This document shows positions 48,901 through 62,158 of a DNA stretch of 64,000 nt, in pieces; the first letter of the stretch is position 1, and every line of letters starts with the position of its first letter. A program made the translations under genes and the position numbers. The DNA is from Hemiscyllium ocellatum (Eukaryota). The notes beneath the pieces were generated by a model, which was not told the DNA's origin, searched no databases, and was given only the letters and a program-made list of their open reading frames with translations. The stretch is taken from assembly GCF_020745735.1 (NCBI RefSeq), contig NC_083414.1:60208013-60272012 (forward strand), given 5' to 3'.

Positions 48901-49597
48901 TAACATTACTTCACTCTCAGCTCTGCAGTAACAGTGTGGTATAGAATATGGAAATCATATTAATTGACTGTTCATCATCACCCTACTTCCCCTACCCCAA
49001 TTTCCCAAGCTCTTGAGACCTCATTGGAAATCAAGAGAGATCCAACCCAAAGAAGGAAAGGTCTGCTCGAAGGCCCCCATCTTCACTTGCAAAATGTCCA
49101 GCTCACTCATCACCCTGCCACGCTGACTGATCTACAATGGGTTTTTTTTAAACTATCTCCCTGACCAAAACCATTCACATTGCTGACACTTCCTCCAGCA
49201 CTGCACCCCTCAAAGAGCTCCACATTCCTGCTGTATTCACCAACAGTCTCCAGAAAACTGTCAGATTAGTTTTTACATCGTGGGTTTACTTTCCTTTTGT
49301 GGCTATTAAGCTTTGATGTTCTCCTGTTAAAAACACATTGACAGCTCATTGTATAGTTTTAGTGACTGACCACCATGCTAAACAAATTGTAAAACAAAAA
49401 CTTCTGGTCTATCAAGCCAGCTTTCAACTGGAATCTTTTCCTAGCCCAATTCACTTCCCACCACCATCTTCATGATGCCTAAAACTTAGCTAAAGTTTTA
49501 ACTAAGCTTTTGATCAGTCCTACTTTGGCTGGGTACCAAATGTCTTGTCTGATTACATTCCTGTGAACTACTCTGGAATTTACTGATATAGTTAAAG

Positions 49598-49781
49598 TAA
49601 AGTCCTCATAGCTCCAGAGAACTGCTCTCTTACTAGCGAGCAACAACTGGTGGTTGGGTATAAAGCAAGGGGTGAGGTTGAAAAGACAGCAGCTTCATGG
49701 CCACCTCAGCCAGTACAGGAAATGATCTCACATTGTTGGCATCACCTTGTACAAACCAGATGTCTAGCCAACCCCCAACCA
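49598..49781 (-). mobile_element. SINE family B
   Basis: actgctctcttactagc..caacaactggtggtt...aggttgaaaag...cacctcagccagtacagg...ttggcatcac...aaaccagatgtctagccaac. Confidence 0.65.
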
Positions 49782-50066
49782 AGATGCTGGATAAATGTCA
49801 CTTGTTGCTTAGAATAGCATATCCTTTAGTGTCGCATGCACTCAAGTACAGTGAAAAGTTTTATCATGTCATCTCCTATGGTGCCATCTCAGGTACAAGT
49901 ACCTAGGTACAAATCTTAGATACAAAAGAGGAATAAAGAGAAAAGTAGCTGCATTAGTTTTACAATACAGTTTAAAGAATAAGTTTTAAAAATAAATTGG
50001 AGTCATAGAGTTGTACAGCACAAAAGCAGACCCTTTGGTCCAGGTTCTCCATGCTGACCAAAGAGG

Positions 50067-52080
50067 CATAGAGTCATAGAGTAATACAGCATGGAGACAG
50101 GCCCTTCAGCCCAAACTGGTCCATGCTGACCATGGTGCCCCTCAGCTAGTTCCAATGACCCACATTTGGTCCATATCCCTCTAAACCCTTCCCATCCATA
50201 TACCTATCCAAGCGTTTTTAAATGTTGCTATTGTACCTGTTTCAACCACTTTCTCTGGTAGCCCATTCTATATACACACTCCCTGCCTGAAGAAGTATTT
50301 CCTCAGGTCCTTCTTAAATCTTTCCCCTCTCACTTTAAACCACTTCCCAAACCCTGGGGAAAAAAAAACTACATGCATTAATCTTACCTATGCCCCTCAT
50401 GATGTTATACACTTCAATAAGGTCACCTCTCATTCTCTGACATTCCAAGGAATAAAGTCTTATCCTGGCCAATCTCTATCTATAACTCTGGCCAACTAGT
50501 CCCAGCAACATTTTTGTTAATCTTCTTTCCACTCTTTCCAGCTTAACTATGCCTTTTTGATAACAGGGTTAACAAAACTGTACACAATACTGCAAGACTT
50601 ATATAATTGTAACATAATGTAACAACTACTTTACTGAATGCCTCGACCGATGAAGGCCAGCATGCTAAATGCCTGTACCTGTGACACTACTTTCAAAGAA
50701 CAGAGTACAGTCACAGAGTCATAGAGATGTACAGTGTGAAAACAGACCCTTCGGTCCAAGCCATCTACGCCAACCAGATATCTCAACCCAACCTAGTCCC
50801 TCCTGCCAGCACCCAGCCCATATACCTCCAAACCCTTCCTATTCATATACCCATCCAGAAGCCATTTAAATGTTTCAATTATACCAGAGTCCACCACTTC
50901 CTCTGGCAGCTCATTCCACACACATCACACTGTGTGTGAAAAAGTTGCTCCTTAGGTCTCTATTATATCCTTACCCTCCCACCCTAAACCTGTGCCTTCT
51001 CATTCTTGACTTCCCCATCCCAGGGAAAATACCTTACCTAGTTACCCTATCCATATCCCTCATGATTTTATAAACCTCCATAAGGTCACCCTTCAGTCTC
51101 CGATGCTCCAGGAAAAACAGACCTTGTCTATTCAACCTCTCCCTTTAGCTCAAAACCTACAACCCTGGCAACATCCTTGTAAATCTTTCCTGAACCATTT
51201 CAAGTTTCACAATATGTTTCTGTTAGGAAGGAGACCAGAATTGCATGCAATATTCCAACAGTAGCCTAACCAATGTCCTGTACAGCCGCAACATGACCTC
51301 CCAATTCCTGTACTCAATACTCTGACCAATAAAGGAAAGCGTACCAAACACCTCGTACTTGTACTCCTAGCTCCTTCTGTTCCACAACTCTACTCAGGAC
51401 CTCACCATTTACTCATTATGTCCTACCTTGGTTTGACTGTCCAAAGTGCAACTTACTTGTACTCAGTTACATTTGCCAACCCCCAGCCCACTTCCCCATC
51501 TGATCCTCTGAAATGTTTGATAACCTTCCTCATTATCAATGATATTTCCTAAGTTTGTGTCATCCACAAACTTATTAATTGTGCCTTGTGCATTCCCATC
51601 CAGGTCATTTATGTAAATAACGAATAACAAAGGTCTCAGCATCAACCCATGTGGCACCACTAGTCACCCACCTCCCCAACCTTAACCATCACCCTCTGCT
51701 TCCTACCATTGAGCCAAATTTGAATCCAATTAGCTAGCTCTCTCTGGATCCCATGAGACTTAACTTTCATGGGTAGCCTGCTATGTGGGACCTTGTCAAA
51801 GGCCTTACTAAAGTCTATATAGACACTATCCACTGCCCTACTCTCATCTATCCTCTTGGTTTGTTCTTTGAAAAATTCTAAAACTTTTGTCAGACATGAT
51901 TTCCCATGCAAAAATCCATGCTGACTATCCTTAATCAGACCATGATCATTCGAATGGTGGTTGATCCTGTCCCTCAATATCCTCTCAAACAACTTGCCTG
52001 CTATTGATATCAGACTCACTGGTCCATAGTTTCCTGGCTTGACTTTGCTACCTTTCTTAAATAATTGAACTGCATTAGCT
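50067..52080 (-). mobile_element. CR1 (outer; 50067-50700 and 51353-52080) with a second CR1 (50701-51352) nested inside
   Basis: QHGFLHGKSCLT, YIDFSKAFDKVPH, KFVDDT in the outer copy. A new 3' tail starts at 50701-50760; the outer sequence ttcaaagaa | cgtacttgtactcctag resumes at 51353. Confidence 0.88.
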
Positions 52081-52153
52081 AAAAATAAGACATAGTTAAA
52101 GGATTGGCATTCCAGTCAGATACAAAAGTTCAAATCCATATTGCATTACAGCA

Positions 52154-52351
52154 GTCAAAAAGTGTGGTGCTGGAAAAGCACAGCCAGTCAGGCAGCATCT
52201 GAAGAGCAGGAGAGTTGACGTTTCGAGCATAAGTCCTTCATCAGGAGCTCTTCAGCAGCTCTTCATCCTGCTCTTTGGATGCTGCCTGACCTGCTGTGAT
52301 TTTCCAGCTGCACGCTTTTTGACTCTGATCTCTGCAGTCCTCAATTCTTCC
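52154..52351. mobile_element. Foldback Penelope family A mini-element with hammerhead (52214-52247, -)
   Basis: Arms gtcaaaaagtgtggtgctggaaaagcacagc / gctgtgattttccagctgcacgctttttgac. Degenerate 15-bp TSD (tattgcattacagca / tattgccttcccgca). Confidence 0.82.
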
Positions 52352-54039
52352 TATTGCCTTCCCGCAACTCAGTGCAGGGGCTTCCAAATGTGGGCTTATT
52401 GCCCGTGCCCGACCCCAGCCCAACAACGGCTCCCCCTGCAAGCCTCCCATCTGCTCCGTGCCATCTCTCAGCTGCTCCAAGGTCCAGGACTGCTTCCTCC
52501 ATGCCAGCCTCCACCTGGGACTTGCTCCATACATGGGCCCCACTGCTCTGGGACTCTCCACATCAGCCGCGATTTCGCCTCCGGAACTCGCCAGCTCTCC
52601 ATTCCTTATTGCAGAAAGGAGTAGAAAAAGACAGAGAAAAAAAAGAAAATGAACGGGTGGAGCAGAGAGCTCTGGCTGGAGCGTCTCACTTTGCTGCCAT
52701 CTTCCCGAAAGTTGCTGTTAACCTTTTCCAATCAGTAGGTGGGCACCTACGGTTTTAGTCTGAAAGGTGAACAACAGAAGCACACGCTGGTGAGGCCATC
52801 GCCTGTGGGGTCACTACGCAAAGAGGGAATACTGCTTTTCATCGCTTCACTTGTTCCCTGTCAACTTTAGTGTAAGTAAATTACAGCTCGAGGAATGACA
52901 GCAATTGACTGGATGACCTTGAGAATAAAAAAAAGAAAATGAAAAATTAACTTCTGAAAGCACAAGAGCGACATGAAAGGCCCTGAACAAAGCTGCTCTC
53001 CAGTTCCAGTCTGATGGAAAAGGGAAATTGGTTTGCATTCAAGCAAGAGACAGCAGTTAGCTTAAAAAGATAGCATTGGCAATCTACCTAAAGAACTGAT
53101 TGAAGTTAGTGTGGAGCAGAAAAGGAACGAAAGGAGGAATGAAGGAAAAAGAAATAATGTGTTGGTATCATTTTGAAAGGTCAGAGATAAGCTCTTGTAA
53201 TCTCAATGAATAGAGGCAAATTGAAGAACAACCTCACAAGAGAACATTGTCTTTTGAGCAACGAATACAGAGATTGGCACATTGAATTGAAGAGAAACAG
53301 AACACCATTAGCCTCATGAAATGGATTAAAGGGATAATCAGAGTTTCTTGCAGTGCAAGGATTGGTCTTCAGATAAGATGCTGCAAGTTCGGCATCCACT
53401 GATATGCTTCACGTTTAAGACCTTCCTTAAACTCTCCATTTTTTGGTCAAACCTTTGACCATCCCTTCAGAATCATGGGAAATTGAATGTGCCGAGGTGG
53501 GTAGCTGTCAGTGAGGAGGTTAAAACAACAGAAGAAAAGCTGGCACGTTGGGAAGCAGTGGCAATGCTGCCTGGGGTCTGTTGTCTATTGCTGGCAATCG
53601 CAGGATGTGTGTGAGTGCCCGACAAGCACCCAGTGGGTGAGATGGTAAATAAATGCGAAACACCAACCTACTGACACTTTAACAATGGATTCTGGCTTTA
53701 AATGGCAGTGCTAGAAACTGCAAGCTGAACAAAGCAAGGATTGATTGGGTTATTTAGTTGGTAGGCTGGTGAGCCTGTTTAATGCAGAGGGGTCACGGCA
53801 CTTCTTAATCCATGTGAAAGGCTCCTAATCACATGGCAGGCTCCAAGATTGTGCCCTTGCTGCTGAAGGGGTGATGTTGGGGTTGTTGAAGTTCAGATCA
53901 ACTAGTCAAAGGCTTCTCCTTCACTTTCAGCTTCACTTCCTTGCTGTCACAGTGACATAGCAGCAGCTTAGTTAGCTCCCCCTTCGACCTCCAATCAGGG
54001 AGCGAGAGAGACACAGTGCTCAGCTACTCCACAGGACAG

Positions 54040-54620
54040 TGGGATCTGCCTGCTGGGCTGTCACCTCTAGCTTGCAGGAGTGGACTGAACCCCAATGTCT
54101 TAAGGAGGCTAATGCAAATTCAGATCATTGCCAAACCCTGCAGTCGGTGGACCAAGTGGCCATACATGTTAATGCCACTCCAACCCTGAATTTATTTGTC
54201 TGCAGTTACTCCCCAAGATCTACTGCCATCTGCAGAATTTCACAATCTGCTGTGCAGAAGTGTATCCCTTGGGTAATGGGGCCTTCGTGGCTAGGGTTTA
54301 CTTTTCTACTGAAGAGGCCAGTCAGAATGACAGGGTCCCTGGATTTGCTGATCTGTGTGGACTTCTTTGCTTTAAGTCAAGGGATGCACACACAGAGAAA
54401 CTCTCAATTCAACTAGAAGTACCAGTAATTGGAACAGAATCCCTACTATTCACCTTCAGCTCATTTACAAACCATTGGAAGAGTTTCAGCATGGCAGTGT
54501 AAGATTCACAAGCAATGTCATGGAGCCTTTAACCTGACCCAGTCAGGTTCCTCACAGATATTCACAACACTGTGGATGCCTCTTCGGAAATAAAAGAGTT
54601 ACCCTCAACAGATGTGGATG
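54040..54620 (+). pseudogene. Harbinger transposase fossil
   Basis: VAIHVNATPTLNLFVCSYSPRSTAICRISQSAVQKCI; FSTEEASQNDRVPGFADLCGL. Confidence 0.65.
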
Positions 54621-54759
54621 CTGGAATTTGTGAGGTGTCCTGCACTGATGTGCAGAAAAGGCACATAATGTATTATAAGTCATATGAACTTAACAGTAGT
54701 CTTTAAACAAGCTACTGGGATGTTAAAGTTGCAATTAAGTTGCCTTCTCAGATGAATGG

Positions 54760-55870
54760 GATTTGTGCATGTATGCACAGTCGTGTGTGTCTTTGTGTAT
54801 GCGTGCACACAAGTATAAGAGTGCACATGTTTTTCTGCTTATGTATGTGAGTGTGAATGAGGATGTCTGTGAGTGTGAAAGAGGGTGTATGTGTGAGTGA
54901 GTATGAGAGAATGTACCTGTCTGGGTGGAGATTGTGTGTGCGCGCGTGAGAATATATATTATGTGTGGACGTGAGAGTGCATGCATATTCGACTATAAGA
55001 CCATGAGACATCAGAGCACAAATTAGGCCATTCAGCCCATCAAGTCTGCTCCACCATTCAATCATGGCTGATGAGTTTCTCAACTACATTCTCCTGCTTT
55101 TTCCGTGTAACCCTTGATCCCCTTGATACTCAACAACCTGGCCTCCACAATCTTCTCTGGCAGTGAATTCTATAGATTCACCACTCTCTGAGTGAAGATG
55201 TTTTTCCGTATCGCCATGCTATAAGGTCTTCCCTTTACTCTAAGGTTGAGAGTATGTGTTACTGTGTGTGTGAGAGTGTGTATTACTGTGTGCATGTGAG
55301 AGTGTGTTATACTGTAAGTATATGAGAGCTTGTGTGTGCCTGTGTGATTAGGAGAGTGTGTGTTACTGTGTGTATGTGAGAATGTGTGTGTGCCAGTCTG
55401 TATGTGAGAATGTGTATGTGAGAATTTGTGTGTGCCTGTGTGATTAGGAGAGAGAGTGTGTGTGTGTATGTGTGTGTATGTGTGGCTGCGTGTATGTGAG
55501 TGTTGTGTGCCTGTGTGTATATGAGAGTGTGTGCTACTGTGTGTATGGGAGAGTGTGTGTGTATGAACCTGTGTGAATGTGAGTGTCTGTGTGCCTGTGT
55601 GTATATGAGAGTGTGTGCTACTGTGTATACGGGAGAGTGTATGTGTGCGTATGCACCTGTGTGAATGTGAGTGTCTGTGTGCCCGTGTGTATGTGAGATT
55701 TTGTGTTAATTTGTGTATATGAGGGTGTGTGTGTGTGCCTATGTATATGTGACATCGTGTGTACCTGTGTGTATGTGAGACTGTGTGTGTGTGTGTGCCT
55801 GTGTGTATGTGACACTATGTATGCCTGTGTGTATATGGGAGTGTGTGTGTGTGTGCCTGAGGGAGTATGT
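54760..55870. repeat. Degenerate (TG)n / tgtgtatgtgaga low-complexity repeat, split by a CR1 tail at ~54993-55250
   Basis: Direct inspection. Confidence 0.9.
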
Positions 55871-56227
55871 ATCTGCTCATGAGCAAAAGAAGGAGAAAAG
55901 TGGTGGTGACTGCTCTGCATCTTTGGAAGTTGAGGAGGAAGGGGAGAACCCGCTGAATGATTAGGTGGAGAGTGACCTGGACAAAGTAATGGTAAGATAG
56001 CTGTCGGGAATGTCCAGAATTGAAGAAGTATGGCATCAGAGCATTGGCAAAGCAGCAGTCAGTGGCAATCAGGAGAACACTCTCCATTTATTCTAGTCAC
56101 AGCCAGCACATTTCTGCAGGAGTTTGTTCAGAGATATTATTGCACACTTCTGGAGCAGGTGGGACTTGAATCTGAGCATCCTGGCTCGGATATAGAGAAC
56201 ATCATCACTGCAACACAAGAGCCTTTC

Positions 56228-56950
56228 TAGTTCCTCAGGGTTGTGTCCTAAGCCTAACCATCTTCAGCTTCTTCGTCACTGATCTTCCCTTCATCATAAG
56301 TGGGGAGATTCACTGATGATTGCACAATGTTCAGCACCATTTGTGACTCCCCACGTTCTGAAGCAGTCGATGTCCAAATTCAGCAAGATCTGATCAACAT
56401 TCAGGCTTGGATTGGTACGCGGGAAATAATGTTCATGCCACAGAAACATGGTTAGCAGCATTACCATCACTGCATCTATCATTATCGACATTGTGTGAGG
56501 GGGGGGGATGGATGTTTATTGCCGGCCAGAAACTTCACTGGACCAGCCTATTGAATAATGCTGCTCCAGGAACAAGGCAGCGGCTGAGAATTTTGTGATG
56601 AAACACTCACCTTCTAACTCCCCAAAATCTAGCCATCATCGACAAGGCACAAATCAGGAATTCTCTCATCTTGCCTAGGTTGGTACATTGCCAACAACAC
56701 CTCAAGAAACCTGACGCTTTCCAGGAAATCATAAGCTGACTTGCATCCACCAGCTTAAGCATTCATGCACTTGAGTACTCAAATACAGTGGCAGCAGTGT
56801 GTATCATATCCAAGTAGCATTGTAATAAATTACCGATTCTCCTTCAAGACCACCAACCAAACTTAAAACAATGAGAGCAACAGAAACAATGGAAACTCTG
56901 CTGCCGTCAAATGCCTCTCAAAGACACACAACATTCTAAACTGGACGTAT
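56228..56950 (+). mobile_element. LINE RT fragment of the 26292-27700 family
   Basis: gttcctcagggttgtgtcctaagcc...ttcactgatgattgcacaatgttcagcaccatttgtgactcc...cagcaagatctgatcaacattcaggcttgg. Confidence 0.8.
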
Positions 56951-57019
56951 GGGGTGAGCTGACCCACACTTGCCCTTGATTTTGTGGTTGTGAGGAGACT
57001 GTATTGTTCTTCCATAATA

Positions 57020-57200
57020 CTAATTTGAAGAACAGGCAAGGTATCCCTCAAGCAACTTCACAGCAACAAAATATATCGTCAAATCACTATTTGTGGAGGT
57101 TCATTGTGGGCACACTGGCTGCTCCATTTCCTACATTGTAACTGTGACTGCATAGTAAAATGCTAGTGATCAGGAACAGGATAAGATAAATGCTTGTCTT
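57020..57200 (+). mobile_element. Old DeuSINE (SacSINE1-like) / L2-tail remnant
   Basis: tatccctcaagcaac...tttgtgg..gttcattgtgggca..ctggctgc.ccatttcctacattgtaac.gtgact...ataaatgc resembles the remembered shark DeuSINE 3' half. Confidence 0.45.
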
Positions 57201-58327
57201 TTGTAAAATAAAAAAAATGAATGCTTGCTCTTTATTTCATCGTGACATTCCCAGTTTGTGTATCTCTCTGTTTTTCAATAAACATTTTATTTTCTTCCTC
57301 TTGTTATTCAGTCCAACAATTCACAAGATGAAATATTAGAAAGTAGTGTTTTTCTGATGGTGGGCAGGTGAATGGAACTTTCAATGCATGGACACTAATG
57401 ACTCAGCTCTCTTTGTATTCAACCTAACGTCATTGCATTTCTCTAAGCATAATGGCCTTAAACATTTACATGGATATAATGGCAAATATACATCTAATAT
57501 CTTTGCATAAGATGCCACAATCTGCTATTTGCACTTGCATTCAAATAAGTGTCTTGGCTATTGCAATAATTTCTAGCTGATTATATCACTGCTTACTTAC
57601 AATGCAATAAAGTTTCAGTAAACCATTTCCTTTTGTCATTTTGCTTTGTGCTATTAAAGGAAATGTTGGTTTTTTAAAGGCACAATCCTCAGATTATGTT
57701 TTTGTTTGAAAATGTACTTGATGTTATTTGTTCACTTTCCTGGGAATGTTCCTTTTTTTTAATCTAACCAATCCTGTTTCTGGAGTTGTCAACATTTAGT
57801 CAGATGATCTGTTGATTGCATTCCCAAAGCACTGGACTTTATCATTGCAAATCATCATTCAACATTTCTTGAGACCCAAAAAGCAATTTGTCCTAATTAC
57901 AACCAACTGTTCTGAAGGAGCGTTTCAAACCACAGCTTCTGTCGTATTTCCCCTGAGTCCTTCTGATCAGACATGAAGTAATGAGCAATTGGGAAGAAGC
58001 AAATATTGCAGGCAGCTCTCATACAACCAACAGAATAGAAACAGCATTAGAAGCAGAAAAATACCATGGGTTATTAAGCATGATGCTGAGCCATTATGAA
58101 GATTTGGCTCGGCTTTATTTCTCTCTCTAGTTCTGTTCATCATGCTTTGGAGAAGATGTAAAGCCCTTTGAGAGGATGCAGAGGAGACCAACCAGAATCG
58201 CCCCATGAATGTGGGATTTTAGCTGTAAGATGATGGTGGAGAAGCTAGAAATTGTATTTTGTTGGAGCAAACCAAAGCAGACATTTATTGAGGCTTACAA
58301 CATTGTGGCAGTTTTGCTTGTAATCGA

Positions 58328-58532
58328 CATTCTCCCCATGTCTGTCTGGGTTTCCTCGGGTTCTTTCCCACAATCCAAAGATGTGCAGGCCAGATGAATT
58401 GGTCGTGCTAAATTGTCCATAGTGTTTAGGGTAAATGTAGGGGAATGGGTCTGGGTGGGTTACTCTTCGGAGGGTCGGTGTGGACTTGTTGGCCCAAAGA
58501 GCCTGTTCCCATACAGCAGCTAAATTAATCTA
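58328..58532 (+). mobile_element. HE1-type SINE, 5'-truncated
   Basis: cattctccccatgtctg...ccaaagatgtgcagg...gtgtggacttgttggccc. Confidence 0.85.
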
Positions 58533-58603
58533 AGTTTCAATGTTTCTATAATCTGAGTCAAACTGGCAATGTGGGAATGAAACCCACCACATTCATGTAA
58601 TTT

Positions 58604-58900
58604 ACAACAACAACTTAAATTTCTATGGCACCTTTAATGTAACCAACCATTCCAATGCATTTCAGAGCATCAAATGTGATATGAAGCCCATCTGGAAATA
58701 TGAAGTCAAATGATCAACATCTTAGTCAAAGGGCTGGATTTTATTGAGTGTTTCAAATGAGAGATGAGGTAGAGAAGAAGAGAACTGCAAGTCAGAGTTT
58801 TAGGTTTAATCAAAAGATAGAACAAGCACCAACAGCTGAACGAATAAAATCAAGGATGTTCAAACATCCAGAGAAAACTTTTAAACCAGCAACAAGAGAT
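58604..58900 (-). mobile_element. L2 LINE 3' end (other decayed pieces ~25470-25640 -, 49090-49595 +)
   Basis: acaacaacttaaatttctatggcacctttaatgta...cttagtcaaagggctggatttt...gagatgaggtagagaag. Confidence 0.6.
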
Positions 58901-59839
58901 CGTTAATTCATGTCCACAGCAACAATAACGTACAGCTAGGCTGTTTACAGAATAGGCAATGAGAAATGAGCCTCATTTGAAATAGTTGAGTCTGTGACAT
59001 CTGAACCGCTGGGACTGAATCTTACATTGATGTATTGGAGTGTTGGAAGGAGACAAGAATCCGAATATGAAAACATTTCTTTGACATTCATGTTAGCTAA
59101 CTGCAGATAAGAAAAAGAAATGTGTGGGAAGAGGATCAATTAGTAAAAGGATGAAACTACACATTGACAAAAGACAACTGACATTAAGAGAAAGAGAATG
59201 GCATATGTAGTGACCACACAATGAACGTACTGATCTTGAAGGAAGAATTGCTATGTCACCATGTAAATCCACTGAAGATTGCTTCTGGCAGGTGTCTCCA
59301 GTATAACTGTAAATGCATTCAACTAGGCCAACAATCAGAAGATCACATCGTCAATAGATCTGCAGTGTTTGGTTTACAGTAAGTCTACATTTTAAGTTGT
59401 CACATTCAGCATCATTCCTCTTTGAAATTACTGATATAATGGGGCAGGTATGAACATTGACTGGGGTCATTTCCTTCAGAGGTGGCTTGCATTGACGCAT
59501 AGGCACCATTGCCTGATGAAATCTGCCATTTGAGGCAAATGCAAGGAGAACATTTGATTACACACTAAACTACGGCAAATCTCTGAAGTATAATTTTGTG
59601 TGAAGAATAGCAATAGCCAACATACTATTTTTTTCTTAAGCATGACATTGGAACATGGATTTATTGCTTTTGCACTTGCTGGCTCTCTGAGTATGTTTTA
59701 ATGCTGATGTTCCAGGTGATGGGTTCTACATAGCGTGAGGTGGAGATGCCATTTTAAAGTTGGTCAGAGCTGATGTATCTGCTGTCAGGGAAATGGCATT
59801 CCTTCATATTCTGACATGTTTGGCTGATAAACATGTGAT

Positions 59840-60062
59840 CATTACAGGTACTTACCGTAATGATGGTAACAATGTTTGACATTTTTATTTTCCATTTTTA
59901 TACTAAGAAGACTGTAGTGCTGAACCTTTTGACTTATTTCTATATTTTTCTACTTCTGTAACAAAGATATTGTAACTCGGTAATTTGTACCTAAGATGGC
60001 GACATTATACACTTTTCACAGTACTCCTGTACCCTGTACTTGAGTACACATGTCAATAAAAC
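59840..60062 (+). mobile_element. Rex1-like-tailed retroposon 3' fragment
   Basis: tttgtacctaagatggcgacattatacacttttcacagtactcctg...cttgagtacacatgtcaataaa. Confidence 0.6.
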
Positions 60063-60068
60063 ATAGAT

Positions 60069-60279
60069 TGAAAAGGTCAATCAGGTGGACCTCATAGAAT
60101 ATGAATACCCTGACTGGGGCTGTTAACCTGGTCCAATCAGGGAGCCCTAACTATCAGACATAAATAGGAGCGTCAGAGGTTTTGTTCACTCCAAGAGCTG
60201 GCTCTGAGGGAGCTGGATCAGTGTCAAGGACTCTCCACCTGTAAATAAAGGGTGACTTGGTGACTGTGGAGTTATTTCA
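60069..60279 (+). mobile_element. Solo LTR
   Basis: TG...CA ends, CCAAT (gtccaatcag), TATA-like cataaata, AATAAA; homologous to 1271-1492 (-). Confidence 0.72.
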
Positions 60280-61682
60280 CTTACCATTCAGGAACCTAAC
60301 TCTGCAATCTTCTGCCTAATTTTGGATCCCCAACTGTAGCCCTTCTTCAAATGTCTATTCACTGTGGCAGAATGGTGATATCATTTTAGATCCCTGAGTT
60401 GCCCTTTGATTAACTCTGCGTTTGGTGGATGCAGATTCTAAAACCACTTATGATTGTTTCAGGCAAGTGTTTCCATCTCTTAGCACCACTCAAGCACGAA
60501 GTGGCATTAATGAGTCCACTGTTGTTAAAAGAAAGATTAGCTATTTTCACTTTTGCAATAAAATGAGCAGTTTTAAAATGTTTTTGACACTGGAGCACAA
60601 TCACTGAACATTGACAGTGTGGTTGGGCTACACCTGGAATGGTGATAACAAGCCCCAGTAATGCTGACCAATCGAATACATTGTACAAAGTATATGCCCA
60701 ATGGGAAGTGGCCTTACATTGAATATGGAAAGATTTATGGCTGTTCACTTCACCTTGTCACCAAAGCATCCCCCTGAAAAGGTCAAAAATCCTCACTAAA
60801 ACCCTCACTGGAGACCCTTAGCTATTAACTGAAACAAGTTGGAAAAAATGTCATTTGCCAAGGCACCAAAATTCATTGAGACATTTGGTCATGAAATACA
60901 GTCATGGCATCAGAGCGAGTGCACAATCCTCAACATGTCTCGTCAATTGATTTTCAAGTGATGCCAGCCCCTCCATGCAGCAGGGACTGTTGATCTAGTT
61001 TTTCCTGATCTATCATCTCAGAACATTTGTAACAGGAGTGGAAGCATGTTGTGGACAATCATAAAAGATTGTCTAAAAACAGATAGAGAGAGATTGGTGA
61101 GTTTGATGCAATTTAAATACGTGCAGTATTTCTTGTCCATTTAATTATTTATTCTATATCATAAGTTATTTCATTTGGGATAGGCAGATATACATGTATG
61201 AGAATTGGCATGTACAGAACTATACTTCAACATTTGATTTGATTTTCTAGACAAGAAAGAGGCTAATGCTTTATACACTGAGACCTTTTGTTTCACTTCA
61301 AGTTATTTCATTTGAAATGAAATGCACGCAACCCAGGGCATTAGGCTGAAACTTATATTTTTTGTTTGGCTGAGTGGGAGCACTGCAGAGTTTTTTTCAA
61401 GGGTTTTCTGCTGTATCTCACACCTCTTAACAACTAACCACCCTTATGCCATCCATGACATCCGATCCCAGCCCCTGCTTACCATGTGCCATTCACAAAA
61501 CAAGTCACTGCTCAGTGGGTATCCATTGAAAGACTGGCACCTTTGCACCCACACCATCCTTGAAAGACTGCTGTGCATCCAGAGAAGCGTTTGAAATCTG
61601 GCATTGCCCCTCATCATTGGTGTAATGGCACAGCAGCCACAATGCCACACTGCCTGTAGCACGTAACTGGCATAGTTGGAAT

Positions 61683-62158
61683 GTGTTGCAGCTGATCGGG
61701 ATAGTGGCAAGGCCACTTTTGGAATATTGCATTCAGTTCTGGTCTCCCTGCTACAGGAAAGATATTGTTAAACTTGAAAGGTTGCAGAAAGTATTTAAAA
61801 GGACGTTGCCAGGATTGGAGGGTTTGAGCTGTAGGGAGAGGCTGAAAATGTTGGGGCTATTTTCTCTGGAGCATCGAAGGTTGAGGGGTAACTTTATAAA
61901 GGTTTATAAAACCATGAGGTGCATGGATAGGGTGAATCTGCAAAGTCATTTTTCACTTGGTAGGGGCAGGCATAGGTTTAAGGTGAGAGAGGAAAGGGAC
62001 CTAAGGGGCAACTTTTTCACACAGAGGATGGCGCACGCATGAAATGAGCTGCCAGAGGAAGTCGTAGAAGCTGGTACAATTATAGTATTTAAAAGGCACC
62101 TGGATGGATACATGAATAGGAAGGGTAGAGAAGGATATGGGTCAAATGCTGGCAAATG
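61683..62158 (+). mobile_element. CR1/HER1 3' fragment
   Basis: RPLLEYCIQFWSPCYRKDIVKLERLQ...LFSLEHRRLRGN. Confidence 0.9.

Larger units (their letters stand above)
49828..52706 (-). mobile_element. Non-coding retroposon (5' GGAAGATGGCAGC; Rex1-like tail) hosting nested CR1s and a Penelope foldback
   Basis: Tail gtcgcatgcactcaagtacagtgaaaag...gccatctcaggtacaag at ~49830-49910; body resumes at 52081; head gctgccatcttcc at ~52694-52706. Confidence 0.55.

Noticed and set aside
54735-55920. His/Thr-rich ORFs
   Set aside because: Translations of (CA)n low-complexity DNA.
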